The notes below the pieces were generated by a model that was not told the DNA's origin, searched no databases, and saw nothing but the letters and a program-made list of their open reading frames with translations. This document shows positions 50,810 through 63,902 of a stretch of 64,000 nt of DNA, one piece after another. Position 1 is the first letter of the stretch; each line of letters begins with the position of its first letter. Origin of the DNA: Haliotis rubra (Eukaryota); contig NW_025767052.1 of assembly GCF_003918875.1 (NCBI RefSeq), forward strand, positions 1 through 64,000, written 5' to 3'. The position numbers and the translations under genes are program-made.

Positions 50810-53800
50810 TAGAGATTATAAAACCTGCCGACAAAGGACATTAAAGCAACTAGAGTATCACAGATATATATGTCAAACTAGTAATTGAATCTAAAACATT
50901 TTAACTATAGGGGACAACACAATATAAAAATGGGCTATAAATCGCCAACAACTGAAGGTAGATCTACTAGGAGCCATGGGGACTTACATTACTTTTGCTA
51001 CCTGCATGGATCCTAGCTGGATTTACACCATCCCTTCAGCCGCTGACGATTGTAGGAAAATTTAGCCAACAGTTAAAATAACAAAAATACTACGTTTAAA
51101 ATGTGATAATTTATATTTTACTTTGAAAGTTTTGGGACTTACGTACCCTCTCAGGAGGACAAAGATTTTACAGTACTTTAACCCCCTTTGAGGGTACAGC
51201 CACTAACAAGCTAAGTTACTCATCTAAACTACCAATAATAAAATAAAATAATCTATTTACAAACTATTCATCAAAATGTATCTAGCAATTCTATTTCTTT
51301 TAAAAATTCAATGATTAAATGATAATTAACACTAAAAAGATCCTTCACTGTTTAGACATTAAAATATTTATCCCTTGTGATGGCAAAATCAATACAGTCA
51401 AGCAAGACATGCTTGACTGTGATTCTTTCATCACAAGGGATACAAAACGGAGGATCCCCACCTTTTAACAGGTATTCGTGAGTATACCTTGTATGGCCAA
51501 TGCGACATCGTTGCATGATGACCTCTTCAAATCTGGACTGACAATCCAGGTAGGTGTAACCTATATAAGGTTTTATTTCATGTTATTTATTAATACCTAC
51601 TTGGGTGTCCCATTTCTTTTGCATCAGATCACGGATGTAAGTTCTAATGCTAGCTTTGCAATCAGAGTATGGAATAAGAAGTGGTGTCACAGATTTATTG
51701 AGTGCTGCCTTAGCAGCAAGATCAGCCATTGTGTTCCCAAAAATGCCAACATGACTGGGTAACCAACAAAAGACGATGTCGCATTGGCCAGTAGCAAGCT
51801 CATTATACAATTCTATAATTTATATTAAAAGTGGATGTTTACAAGAACTATTTTTAATCGCCTGAAGGCAAGAAATAGAGTCAGAAAATATTATATATTG
51901 TTTATATTTAGGGTGTTTATTTATATATTTAAGAGCTGTTAGTATTGTCTTTGCTTCTGCTGTGAAAATTAAACTGTCAAACCCAAACATGAGTCTCATT
52001 AACCTATTCAGGCAATGACCTACTTTTCAGCCGATCCGAATTTTCTCGTGTGAAAGTGAAAATAGACATCACAAACAACTATGGTTACACTGAATCCCAA
52101 TTCCTTTTTTCATAAGACAAAGGTATTTAGAACTGAATTTTAATTTTAAACTTTAATAACATCGTATTTCTATATTTTATGGTGAGGTGTAGGCAGCATG
52201 ACCTTAACTAAGGCGTCACAGACTGCCCCAGTTTAATGAGGTCGTAAAATGATTCACAATGCATCTGGCTCACTGGTTACATCTGTTATGTGTTTTTTTG
52301 CTTATTCAATGTAGTTCTGTAACGCACAATGTGATTGATATAATATCAAGGCCGTACAAGACCGCCAAACTTTTCTAGCGGCAGAGCCGATTTTGAGATT
52401 TCCACGATTTCCAGGTTACTGTTTGTCAGTGCTCGCTGTACGACAGAGCAGGCTGCACGACATGTTTGCAAGGATTATAAGGAGCGTAGTGTTCCAATAT
52501 ACAAGTGCTTAGATGTATCAAATAATACTGATTTATATTTATGTATCCAGTTAAATGAATTGGTCTCAAAATTCTGGACTGGTTACTATACTAAGTTGCG
52601 CAATAGGACGGACCCAAGGAAACGAGACTGTTGTGTAATCAATGTTTTGACTTGATTGTTTTGGACCCAATGACAGTGTATGATATTTACTTTTTAATTG
52701 AATATATTCTTGTTTATATAGTAAGTCATTAGTTTCTGATTTTTTAAATTTAGTGAGTGTTAGGTCGACTTGTGGCCTAACCAATTGCCAAGGAGGAGAA
52801 GAAAGAAGACGAGAAGGAGATATATTTTCCAGCTCAATGCCAGCAGCAGAAATGAATTGTTTAATTCTTGGCCCAAGAGGCGGAACAAGAGAAGGCTTTT
52901 TGTTTTATAAATCCTCATACAGAGGATTGAAAACACAGTTAAGTGCAGGATTAGACTCGTTAGAATAGAGTTTTGTTATATACTGTAAAGATAGTATGAT
53001 ACAACGTTGGTTAAGGGATGGCTCATCAGCCTCAACATAGAGACTATCAATAGGAGAAGTTCTAAAAGACCCAAAACAAAGTCTTAGGCCTTGGTGGTGG
53101 ACAGAATCAAGTAGTTTTAGGTTGCTTTTGCAGGCTCCACCATATACGATGGAGCCATAATCAAGTTTCGAGCGGACCAATGATCGATATAGGTGGAGGA
53201 GTGTAGCTTGATCCCCTCCCCACTGTGAGTTGGAAACAACTTTCAACAAATCATGGGCCTTCAGGCATTTAGCTTTAAGGGATTTAATATGCGGCAAAAA
53301 AGTTAAATGAGAGTCGAAAATTATGCCCCAGGACTTGGCCTCCTTGACAACTTTGATTGGAGTGCCATTTAAAGATAGTTCTGGGTCTTTATGCGGCTTA
53401 TATTTTCTACAAAAGTGTAGACAATTAGTTTTAGACTTGGAGAATTTAAAGCCGTTTTCAAGACACCATTTATTTATTTTATTTAAACACAACTGCAATT
53501 GCCGTTCAATAGTATGTATATTTTTACCACGACAAGAAATATTAAAATCATCCACAAAAAGTGATCCATCGATTGAATCGTTTAAAACCTTGGATAAACT
53601 GTTGATCTTGATACTAAATAAAGTGACAGACAAAATACTTCCTTGAGGGACACCATCTGATCCTGATTATAATGATCAGACAGGGTTGAACCCACTCGGA
53701 CTTGAAATTGTGGCAAAAAGAGGCAAACGGCCTCTCAAACCAAAGTCATGTAAATCCTTCAAAATGCCATGCCTCCAGGTCGTATCATAAGCTTTCTCAA

Positions 53801-54222
53801 GATCAAAGAAAATTGATACAGCATGTTGTTTATTTACTATAGCATTCTTAACAAAGGATTCAAGGCGAACCAAATGATCAATGGTACTACGATTTTTCCT
53901 GAAACCACATTGAATATTTGTTATAAGGTTATTGGTTTCAAGATACCAAGTTAATCTATTATTCACCATACGTTCCATGGTTTTACAGACACAGCTAGTT
54001 AGAGATATCGGTCTGTAATTAGACGGATCTGTATGATCCCTGCCAGGTTTTGGTATTGGGACTACAATGGCATTACGCCACGAAGCAGGAAATGCTCCAG
54101 ACGTCCATTTTTGGTCAAATATATCTAAAAGTGTCATCAGACATGGTTCAGGTAAGCGTTTCAGTAGCTGGTAATGTATATTATCATCACCCGCTGCAGT
54201 GTCATGGGCTTGCTCAAGAGCA
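50810..54222 (-). mobile_element. 5'-truncated RNase H-containing LINE (I-group-like), with an unrelated insert at about 51976-52560
   Basis: RT NYRPISLTS, QCGFRK, FFDLEKAYD, FVDD, KLDYG; RNase H FCWLPSHVGIFGNTMADLAAK; C-terminal Cys motif. Confidence 0.88.
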
Positions 54223-54540
54223 GTTGTTAACAAAAGAGGCACCCGGAGATTACACATACACGAATCATACGGTATAGATTACATGCGAATTTGGGTCGAA
54301 TTTCACGAATTTGTGTCAAAATATGGTCGTTTGCAATATACCTACAATAGAGTTCGCGTGCAGAGCCTATCGTCTATAGCTTGCGGACACCATTGCCTAT
54401 ATTTCAGTAGCTGTCGTTCTAGGGGTATTTCCTAAGACGAGATAGTGAAACATTACAGTCAAAAGAACACGCTTAAGAATGATTCGATGGTTTTCAGATG
54501 GTATGACGACAGCGTGAAACGTATGCTCGAAAAATTCTAA
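54220..54540 (+). pseudogene. Maverick adenain-like cysteine protease, C-terminal fragment
   Basis: HESYG...YNRVRVQSLSSIACGHHCLYF carries the Q-x5-CG-x-HC catalytic motif. Confidence 0.75.
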
Positions 54541-54663
54541 ATACGCGCCGGGGCAGGGTTGTGTATTCCTAGTGGATTCTGTTTTGATTAGCGTTTAGGC
54601 AGAGACCCTCACGTGTTTGCTCTGACACGCTGGTATAACGAAGCTATTGGCGACAGACGCCCC

Positions 54664-55932
54664 CGAGGCTTTGACAATGGTGTACAGGTGCTTATCGCCC
54701 GGGTGTGGAGTAACGTGTGCCCCGGGGCTTGACGATGATGTCACGCACGTCGTTACCCTTACTGTTTGACCCCCCCCAGATATGTCAGGCTCGATGTCAG
54801 TTAGAACCAGACAGCCGGAGAGTGAGGTTGTATATTTTTGAGTGTCAAGGGGTCAATTGTCCGATTGCTATGATGATGATACCGACGCGAGGAAGCCAGT
54901 GACTTTATCGGACTATGTATACGAAGACGGTGTAACTCTGGATGGTAAATATCATCTTCAACGTGGGTACGACACCTGTGGGAAACAACCATCGATAGTG
55001 CATAGAAAGCTACTGGTCGATTTAAGCCAGAACTACTGCCACGAAACGATGTTATGTGGCTACGACAGGATGGCTACTTTTAAGGACTGTCCCGAACAGC
55101 TGGTTCAGCCTGGTGGGGATTACGATTGTGGAAATGGTGCGCCCAGGATGACATTGACTTTGAACATAACTGGTTTAGCCCATCGTGCTCATTCCTGAAA
55201 ATTACGTGTCCCTTTAAATTCGACAGTGATATGAGGACGCATACTATCGTATGACGGTAAATTATTGTATATCTACTCCTCGTCGTATTGCTTAAAATGT
55301 GTATATTCTCGTCGTTGTTGTATTGGTTAAAAATGTGTATAGAATATATTCTCGTCGCTGTTGTATTGCTTAAAAAAATGTGTATATGAACATATGTTTG
55401 ATGGTGTCCAGATTTGCGAATAAAATGTATGAAATGTATGAATGTCTATGTTGTATTTTACGTGTTGCTTCGTACGGCCTAGTAGAGACCTCGGGAGTAC
55501 ACGATTTGTTTGGTAGACTTATAGCTTTACACACACACACACACAGAGCAGGGTCAGCGCATGACCGCCACCGTGACGTCATGCTGGACGCTTTGTGCTG
55601 GACGCTTTGTCATTGGGAGGGGTGGCATGACCACCACCGTGACACCTTGAGTGGACGTTTTTCTCCTACGTCATAAGGCGCATGACAGACACTGTGACGT
55701 CAGGCGCTTTTCCTACGTCGTAAGTCGGACACCGCCATCGTGACGTCAGGCGCTTTTCCTACGTCATATGGCGGTCACCGTTATCGTGACGTCATGGTGG
55801 TTGTGAGTCAGGGCGTTTTCGACGCCATAGGGCGGTCATCACATGACCGCCTCTGTGACGTCATGGTGTTGGGCCAGCGCTTTCCCGAGGGCATATTACG
55901 TCACCTCGTAAAAGCGCTGGCCCCATACTACT
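54664..55932. repeat. Right terminal inverted repeat of the Maverick (at least 1.27 kb if it is all TIR)
   Basis: Inner part matches the left remnant; ends in the canonical ACTACT. Host duplicated sequence resumes right after. Confidence 0.7.
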
Positions 55933-56420
55933 CAGCTTTTTGCATGGTAACCTGAAGTCACATCATACACCCGTGTGTACCTTTGTTGTATCTGGTGTAC
56001 TTTTGATGAAATCTTGATCGGAGTAAACAGCGTTGTTCAAGCTAACATATTTTGAACATGCATGTCCGTTAACGATATTAGTTCCCATGTCGTCACCTCA
56101 TCTCTAGTTCAAGGGAAGTATAAGTAAATCTTTAAAACAAAAAACGTAACCTTAATAAACAAATAGTTCAGGTTAAATGTTATATCAACAAAGGCATGGG
56201 TTGTGTTCCTTTACCACAGAACTTCACACGACAAGAACACTCAAAAGGTCAATCACGAAATGGGATAAACATGTCCTGCCCTACCATCAGCACCAGTCAC
56301 AGTGTTTGTTTGTTTGTTTGTTGCAGTAGCTCCTACCATGCAATACCTTGAGGGTTCAACCTCCAAATCAGTTAGAGACATTTTAAGGTCATCCCAAAGG
56401 GGCTACCTCAAATATCCTAA
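55933..56420 (+). repeat. Diverged duplicate of about 5285-5990
   Basis: Shared ordered blocks: ttttgcatgg, ccgtgtgtacct.tgttgtatctggtgtac, caagctaacat, ttaaatgt.atatcaa, ttaccacagaac, tcatcccaaaggggcta. Confidence 0.8.
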
Positions 56421-57271
56421 ACTCGACATTTAAGCCCACTTCACACCACCTTGCCGACTTCTCGTGTTCTCGCCAGACTATGATTTTGAATGTGTAACAA
56501 ACATGCCCATGGTGGAAAGGGAAATACATCTGATCTAGTCAAGCGCCGCCTGCATTCAAACCGCAGGACCTTGCAGCACACGTATCAGAGACATCTTAAC
56601 GTGGCGCCACCTTGACCCACATTACAGAAGTAGAACAAGTGTTTGCCACTAACATGGCTAAAGTGCATGAGACATTGCGTTAACAAGAAAAGGGATCAGT
56701 GGTGTGGTGACCTTGAGAATACGGTCAAGGTCACCCAAATGGACTGGAGTCTGCGTAATCCCCCACAGTAGGCTTTCACCTAAATCGAAGACATTGGGTA
56801 CAACAGTTCATGAGATATCGCGTTAACAAGAATCGGAACGTACGAACGGACGTACGGAGGGCGCTGAATACATAGTACCCTGTTCCGCGTTGCGGCCGGG
56901 GACAATATACTTGCTGGAAACAGTAATTATGTCCCATATAAAGTGGTGTAAATGTTATATAATTACAACACTGTGTTTGGTCATTCGTCTGATCAATTTT
57001 CATCAAAACACATTCCCTGTGTAATTGCTCAACTGACAATGTGGAATACAGGCAAAACAGTCATGTGCCTCACACACACGAGGTAGCAGCTGCGCACTGG
57101 AGCAACCAGCGTGTTCAAATTCCAAATGTCACCCACGACTAAGCTAGTGTGTTCTGTAGCCTTAGTTTTGTGTAGACATTGTTTTATCTCAATCGCGGCA
57201 TGTTGTACGGGGAAGGGGTCCGGAGGAACAACTTGGCATTACAGCGTCATAACGTCCGCTTCAACACATGC

Positions 57272-57428
57272 GGGGCGGTGGGGTAGTGGTTAAAGCATCC
57301 GCTCTTCACGCTGAAGACCCGAGTTCGATTCCCCACATGGGTACAATGTGTGAAGCCCATGTTTGGTGTCCCCCGCCGTGATATTGCTGTAATATTGCTA
57401 AAAGCGGCGTAAAAGTAAACTCACTCAC
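57272..57428 (+). mobile_element. tRNA-derived SINE
   Basis: Same family as 41706; imperfect TSD tcaacac[a/c]tgc. Confidence 0.9.
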
Positions 57429-59721
57429 TCAACACCTGCCACGTGTGAGCTTGTGTTACTGTGTTGCAGTGTGACGTTACGTCCCTGCGAGGGGTGACGT
57501 TACGTCTCGAACGATGTGTTTAGGCTGTGCATGCCGTTCAAATTTTCATTAACAATCATGAGCTGTGCTATACCATACCATTCCGCTTCTAACCTCAAAC
57601 AAAAAGCGCAACTAAAACGTTTTCCTGAATGCCTGTATACCACTACACAAACACCTGAGAAATTGTCTGTGAAATCATTTGTGAAAATTATACTGTCCTA
57701 GTCTTGTATTCTGAACCTCAGATGCTGTCTTCATAAAAACAGGAAGCAAAATTGGGAATAGCCTGCGACTTCGCTGTATCGCGGTACTTGACATATCCGT
57801 AATCGTAAATAAAATTAAAAACTTTAAGGCCTATTTTATTATTAAATCCGATTACCATCACATTTAATCAACACATTTGTGAAAAGAATATTATTTTAAC
57901 TTTGATAGTGTTTCAGCGAGAGCCATTAACGAACGAAGCCGGTTAATATTTACCAAAGGATAGAACTACATCGTATCGCGGTAAACACTAAAACTCGGAT
58001 TGCAAGGCGAAGTAGGGAACAAAAAATGAAATAGTTTAACTCACCTTAATATGAAATCAGTTGAGATATTATTTGCAATCGAAGGTGCACAAAACTGTGA
58101 AATTTTATTCAAAGAAATCACCAAACTTCCAAAATATATCATTTTCATCATGATTTTCATAATATTTGTTCATACTGTTTATTTTTATAATTTCAGGCAT
58201 GATTTCAACAATATTTCAATGCAAAAAATTCTTTGAAATAATGTGAATAAATAATTGAACAACAGTATAATAAAATCCTTTCTAAATTTCTATTTTGTTA
58301 GAGTGTGCAAAATCGTTTTCAGTGAACAGGGATCATTTTTACGTTTTGTGTCCTTTTTTGAATTACAACTTTTGGTATTCTGCAGGAATTTGGGGCCTGG
58401 TGTAGTGCTTCCTCAACCGGTTACCTACAGCAACGCCATCAAGAACTGGTTCAATACTTGTTCTCCAGTGGTTAGTATAGCCCACAGCAACTAATGCCTG
58501 ACGTAAGAGACGACCGTATGTATCGGGTCTGAGGAACGGTGACGTTCAGATAGCTCCTTGACAACGTGGGTCGTTGCTCACAGAAGCAACCACTGGATTA
58601 TGTGGAAAGTGCTAGAGTGTGGCGGTGGAGAACTTACAATTTATCAATACAAATATTCAACAGAAGCCGCATACCATTATTGGCAAAAAGATAAGAAAAT
58701 GTTCAAAAAATATGTTTTTCATCACTATTTATTCACGTTTCTATTAACGGTTTGTATTACACTAAATGGATACAGTGCAGCCGTGGGTGCTCATTAGAGA
58801 AACAAATCGAACAGTTTACAAAATATGTAAGTACATTAGTGCTTGAGTATCCTTAAATAGATGCCACAGACTGTGTTAAAAGAGAAACAAATACCACCAA
58901 TAGCATGACTGGGTAGTCAAATCAAATCATATTAAGTCAAACCAAGAAAAAAACCCGGTAAAAAGTTAGTTACATTAAACACGTAAAACGGCAAATAATC
59001 TATCTTTAGACTACAAAGTGTTGATCCAAACATACATAATTTAATCTATTGTCAAACAATAAAGCAATAAAAATCCCATGAGTGATCAAACTAGAAGTCA
59101 ACCTGTGATACGGACTGAATGACCTGGCACAATGGTGACAAAATGTGTTGGTTTTGTACACCTTCTAACTGTTCTGACACATTTCATAAGTTGTAGAAAT
59201 ATGACAGATACTATCTTTAGATAGCCAATAGCCTACATATAGCCCAGTTAAATACCTAAACAACACTTTACATAGTCCAAAGCACAGTCACCTGGTTCTA
59301 AAAAAAATCATGACATGAAAACTGAACCAACTGAAAATTATCTTTACCTGATACCTGTGAGTGTTATTTTAGCCAATCTGGAGGCTGTCAAGTCTAATTA
59401 CCATTGAACGGTTTATACATAGAGCAAACAATATCGTTTCCTCTTAACTTACTTCTCATATACCGTCTAATGATTTCTGATCATGTACTAATAACCTAAC
59501 GTCTCAGAAACCACAATAAAATGTACCCAAACTACACGAATGGATATTAAAAGAATCAGAACGAGACAACTAGATATAACACCGTGACCATATGAATTGA
59601 ATCGATGAAAATAAGAATCGATTCACAATAATAAAAGAGGGAATTTGTTTACATCAAATGCTGTGACACGTGAACACAGCATAAGACTGTCGTATGTGTG
59701 ACAAAACATTTCAACCCCATG

Positions 59722-62030
59722 TTTTAAAGAGATATTGGACATAAAACCAGCAATAACAATGTCAGCTGAGCAACATCAAGCTTTAAAGAGATATTGGACA
59801 TAAAACCAGCAATAACAATGTCAGCTGAGCAACATCAAGCTTTAAAGAGATATTGGACATAAAACCAGCAATAACAATGTCAGCTGAGCAACATCAAGCT
59901 TTAAAGAGATATTGGACATAAAACCAGCAATAACAATGTCAGCTGAGCAACATCAAGCTTTAAAGATATATGGACATAAAACCAGCAATAACAATGTCAG
60001 CTGAGCAACATCAAGTTTTAAAGAGATATTGGACATAAAACCAGCAATAACAATGTCAGCTGAGCAACATCAAGCTTTAAAGAGATATTGGACATAAAAC
60101 CAGCAATAACAATGTCAGCTGAGCAACATCAAGTTTTAAAGAGATATTGGACACCATAAAGCACCAGCAATATCAATGTCAGATATTGGACATAAAACTG
60201 CAATAACAATGTCAGCAAACATCATTTAAGCTTTTTAAAGAGATATTGGACATAAAACCAGCAATAACAATGTCAGCTGAGCAACATCAAGCTTTAAAGA
60301 GATATTGGACATAAAACCAGCAATAACAATGTCAGCTGAGCAACATCAAGCTTTAAAGAGATATTGGACATAAAACCAGCAATAACAATGTGAGCAACAT
60401 CAGCTCAGCAACATCATACTTTAAAGAGATATTGGACATAAAACCAGCAATAACAATGTCAGCTGAGCAACATCAAGTTTTAAAGAGATATTGGACATAA
60501 AACCAGCAATAACAATGTCAGCTGAGCAACATCCTGTATGTTAAAGAGATATTGGACATAAAACAGCAAAATTCTCAGCTCAGCTAGAACAAGCTTTAAA
60601 GAGATAACATAAAACCAGACAACTGCAATGTCAGCTGAGCAACATCAAGCTTTAAAAGAGATATTGGACATAAAACCAGCAATAACAATGTCAGCTGAGC
60701 AACATCAAGCTTTAAAGAGATATTGGACATAAAACCAGCAATAACAATGTCAGCTGAGCAACATCAAGCTTTAAAGAGATATTGGACATAAAACCAGCAA
60801 TAACAATGTCAGCTGAGCAACATCAAGCTTTAAAGAGATATTGGACATAAAACCAGCAATAACAATGTCAGCTGAGCAACATCAAGCTTTAAAGAGATAT
60901 TGGACATAAAACCAGCAATAACAATGTCAGCTGAGCAACATCAAGCTTTAAAGAGATATTGGACATAAAACCAGCAATAACAATGTCAGCTGAGCAACAT
61001 CAAGCTTTTAAAGAGATATTGGACATAAAACCAGCAATAACAATGTCAGCTGAGCAACATCAAGCTTTAAAGAGATATTGGACATAAAACCAGCAATAAC
61101 AATGTCTGCTGAGCAACATCAAGCTTTAAAAAGATATTGGACATAAAACCAGCAATAACAATGTCAGCTGAGCAACATCAGGTTTTAAAGAGATATTGGA
61201 CATAAAACCAGCAATAACAATGTCAGCTGAGCAACATCAAGCTTTAAAAAGATATTGGACATAAAACCAGCAATAACAATGTCAGCTGAGCAACATCAAG
61301 CTTTAAAAAGATATTGGACATAAAACCAGCAATAACAATGTCAGCTGAGCAACATCAAGCTTTAAAGAGATATTGGACATAAAACCAGCAATAACAATGT
61401 CAGCTGAGCAACATCAAGCTTTAAAGAGATATTGGACATAAAACCAGCAATAACAATGTCAGCTGAGCAACATCAAGTTTTAAAGAGATATTGGACATAA
61501 AACCAGCAATAACAATGTCAGCTGAGCAACATCAAGCTTTAAACAATGAGATATTGGACATAAAACCAGCAATAACAATGTCAGCTGAGCAAAGATCAAG
61601 CTTTAAAGAGATATTTTAAAGGACATAAAACCAGCAATAACAATGTCAGCTCAGCAACATCAAGTTTTAAAGAGATATTGGACATAAAACCAGCAATAAC
61701 AATGTCAGCTGAGCAACATCAAGCTTTAAAGAGATATTGGACATAAAACCAGCAATAACAATGTCAGCTGAGCAACATCAAGTTTTAAAGAGATATTGGA
61801 CATAAAACCAGCAATAACAATGTCAGCTGAGCAACATCAAGCTTTAAAGAGATATTGGACATAAAACCAGCAATAACAATGTCAGCTGAGCAACATCAAG
61901 CTTTAAAGAGATATTGGACATAAAACAAGCAATAACAATGTCTGCTGAGCAACATCAAGCTTTAAAAAGATATTGAACATAAAACCAGCAATAACAATGT
62001 CAGCTGAGCAACATTAAGTTTTAAAGAGAT
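59722..62030. repeat. 59-bp satellite/minisatellite, about 39 copies
   Basis: Unit ctttaaagagatattggacataaaaccagcaataacaatgtcagctgagcaacatcaag. Confidence 0.98.
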
Positions 62031-62786
62031 TTGGGGTCATGCCATTTAGACTCCATGTATGTGATGCAGAGTACTTTAAACACTATGCTCACCTCAACTG
62101 GAACTGCTAACCTCCTACAAATCATTCAGACAACTGCGATCTGAAAGCAAATTCTTATTGAAAACTCTTATAGATGGGCCTCTTGTGGAAAGGGTTCTTT
62201 CAGTGTGTGTGTTCCATCGCTGTGGAATGAACTGCCCCTTTACTTCAAATAACATCATAAACGCATCTCTTTTCACTACACTATTAACTCTACCCCAACA
62301 TTACTTTGTTCCGCCGGAGCACCCACTAAGTGGTTGTTTTTTGCGCTATATAGTAAATCACAATTTGAATGACATCACAAAAGAAAGTACAATAAGTTAG
62401 AAATGGGAAATGCACTAGTCCAAACAAAAACTGGTTTATCATGGTTAATAATTCCCCAGCGTAACATGGCTGCCTCACTAAGGCACATCATACTCACTCC
62501 GACAAGTGTTTAATCCACTTAGTGTTAAGTGGCTGGCAGGGTAATAAAAAGTACCATCTCTTTTGTCGAATCCCAAATCCTCTGCTCTATGTCGGCCCCG
62601 TGTAATACAAGGTACAGTCACAAACATACTCTCATATCCCATAGTTTGCAGTTTACTTGTTGATCTTCTTGAAAAATAACTTTTCTGTATTGTCTTTAAA
62701 CTGGATTTGGAGCTTCATTCGGACATATGTTACAATTTACTGTATATTGATGAATATTGTATATTGGTCAGCATCACTAATGTCCA

Positions 62787-63474
62787 TCACTGTACTTGTA
62801 ACAGTCGGCGAAAGGGATCCACGTCCATTCTTTCTATTTGTCGAGCCATGTCCCAGATATCGTCTTTCACCACTGAAGGGGGACGCCTTTTATTTTGCAC
62901 ATTTTCTGAAATGAACTCGTATAAATTCATTTTATCCATTGGGATTTCCTGCCCGTTGATGTTGAAAACCATCTTTGAAGCGGACTTTGCGGATTGTCCG
63001 AGAGATATCATCATATCTGATATCTGTACTGGCTTGACTTTCAGACGTTCCACAACTGCGCTTTCCACCAATTCTTTCATGACATCATCTTGCTTCTTCA
63101 GGATAGAAATATTTCTCTCCAGTAACTCCACTGCTCTGATGTACGCCTCCAAGCTCTCTTGTGCACCTTGTCTTACTTGACTTTTCTTAATTGACAACAA
63201 GAATGCAGCAATGAGCGCTACTACAGAAGCAGCACCCAGGCCCGCAGTAGCAGCTCCAAAGGCGAGGGATGCTCCAAACGTGAAGGGAGCGGCAATCAAT
63301 GCAGCCGTGCCAAGAGCAGCCCCTCCAACCATAGCTCCGTTCAGGAGTTTCCCAATTTTTTCCACCTCTTCAGCTACGTCTTTAAGCCCTTTAACAGACT
63401 GGTGCTGTACGATCTCTTCGTTGCGTGAACTGTCCAAAAGCTCCTCCACAAGTTCACAGGCGAACTGTTTCTTT
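62787..63474 (-). CDS. Gene B paralogue, last exon: ApoL-like domain; upstream exons not found in the window
   Basis: Colinear with 7959-7293, about two-thirds identical by eye; same tatcctcag| acceptor; open to the stop codon. Confidence 0.8.
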
Positions 63475-63674
63475 CTGAGGATAGAAAACATATTTCACCT
63501 TTCAGATCATGTAAAAACTATGTTCAGATATTTAGATATGAAGTCTCCAATCTCTTCATAACAAGACATGATCACATAAGTAGCCAGTGGTTAAGTTAAA
63601 TTGGTACGTCATATGGGAGTATATTACTACACAGTTAAGAGTCACAAAGAAAACGCCCATTGAGCTCAACATTT

Positions 63675-63760
63675 TAGTAGTAGTAGTGAGGAGGAGTAGC
63701 AGTAGTAGTAGTAGTAGTAGTAGTAGAAGTAGTAGTAGTAGCAGTGGCAGTGGCAGTGGC

Positions 63761-63798
<38 letters not shown>

Positions 63799-63860
63799 CA
63801 GTGGCAGTGGAATTAGCAGTAGCAGTAGGAGTAGTAGTAGTAGTAATAGTAGTAGTAGTA

Positions 63861-63901
<41 letters not shown>
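63675..63901. repeat. (AGT)n-rich microsatellite
   Basis: Imperfect trinucleotide run. Confidence 0.97.

Positions 63902-63902
<1 letters not shown>

Larger units (their letters stand above)
36720..55932 (+). mobile_element. Decayed Maverick/Polinton (endogenous dsDNA virus-like element)
   Basis: pPolB, ATPases, rve integrase, penton fragments and cysteine protease. 36720-36824 is an inverted copy of 54664-54769. Right terminus ...atACTACT at 55932. No major capsid gene recognised. Confidence 0.9.

Noticed and set aside
59722-62030. Possible CRISPR-like array
   Set aside because: Units are head-to-tail with no unique spacers, no cas genes are present, and the context is eukaryotic.
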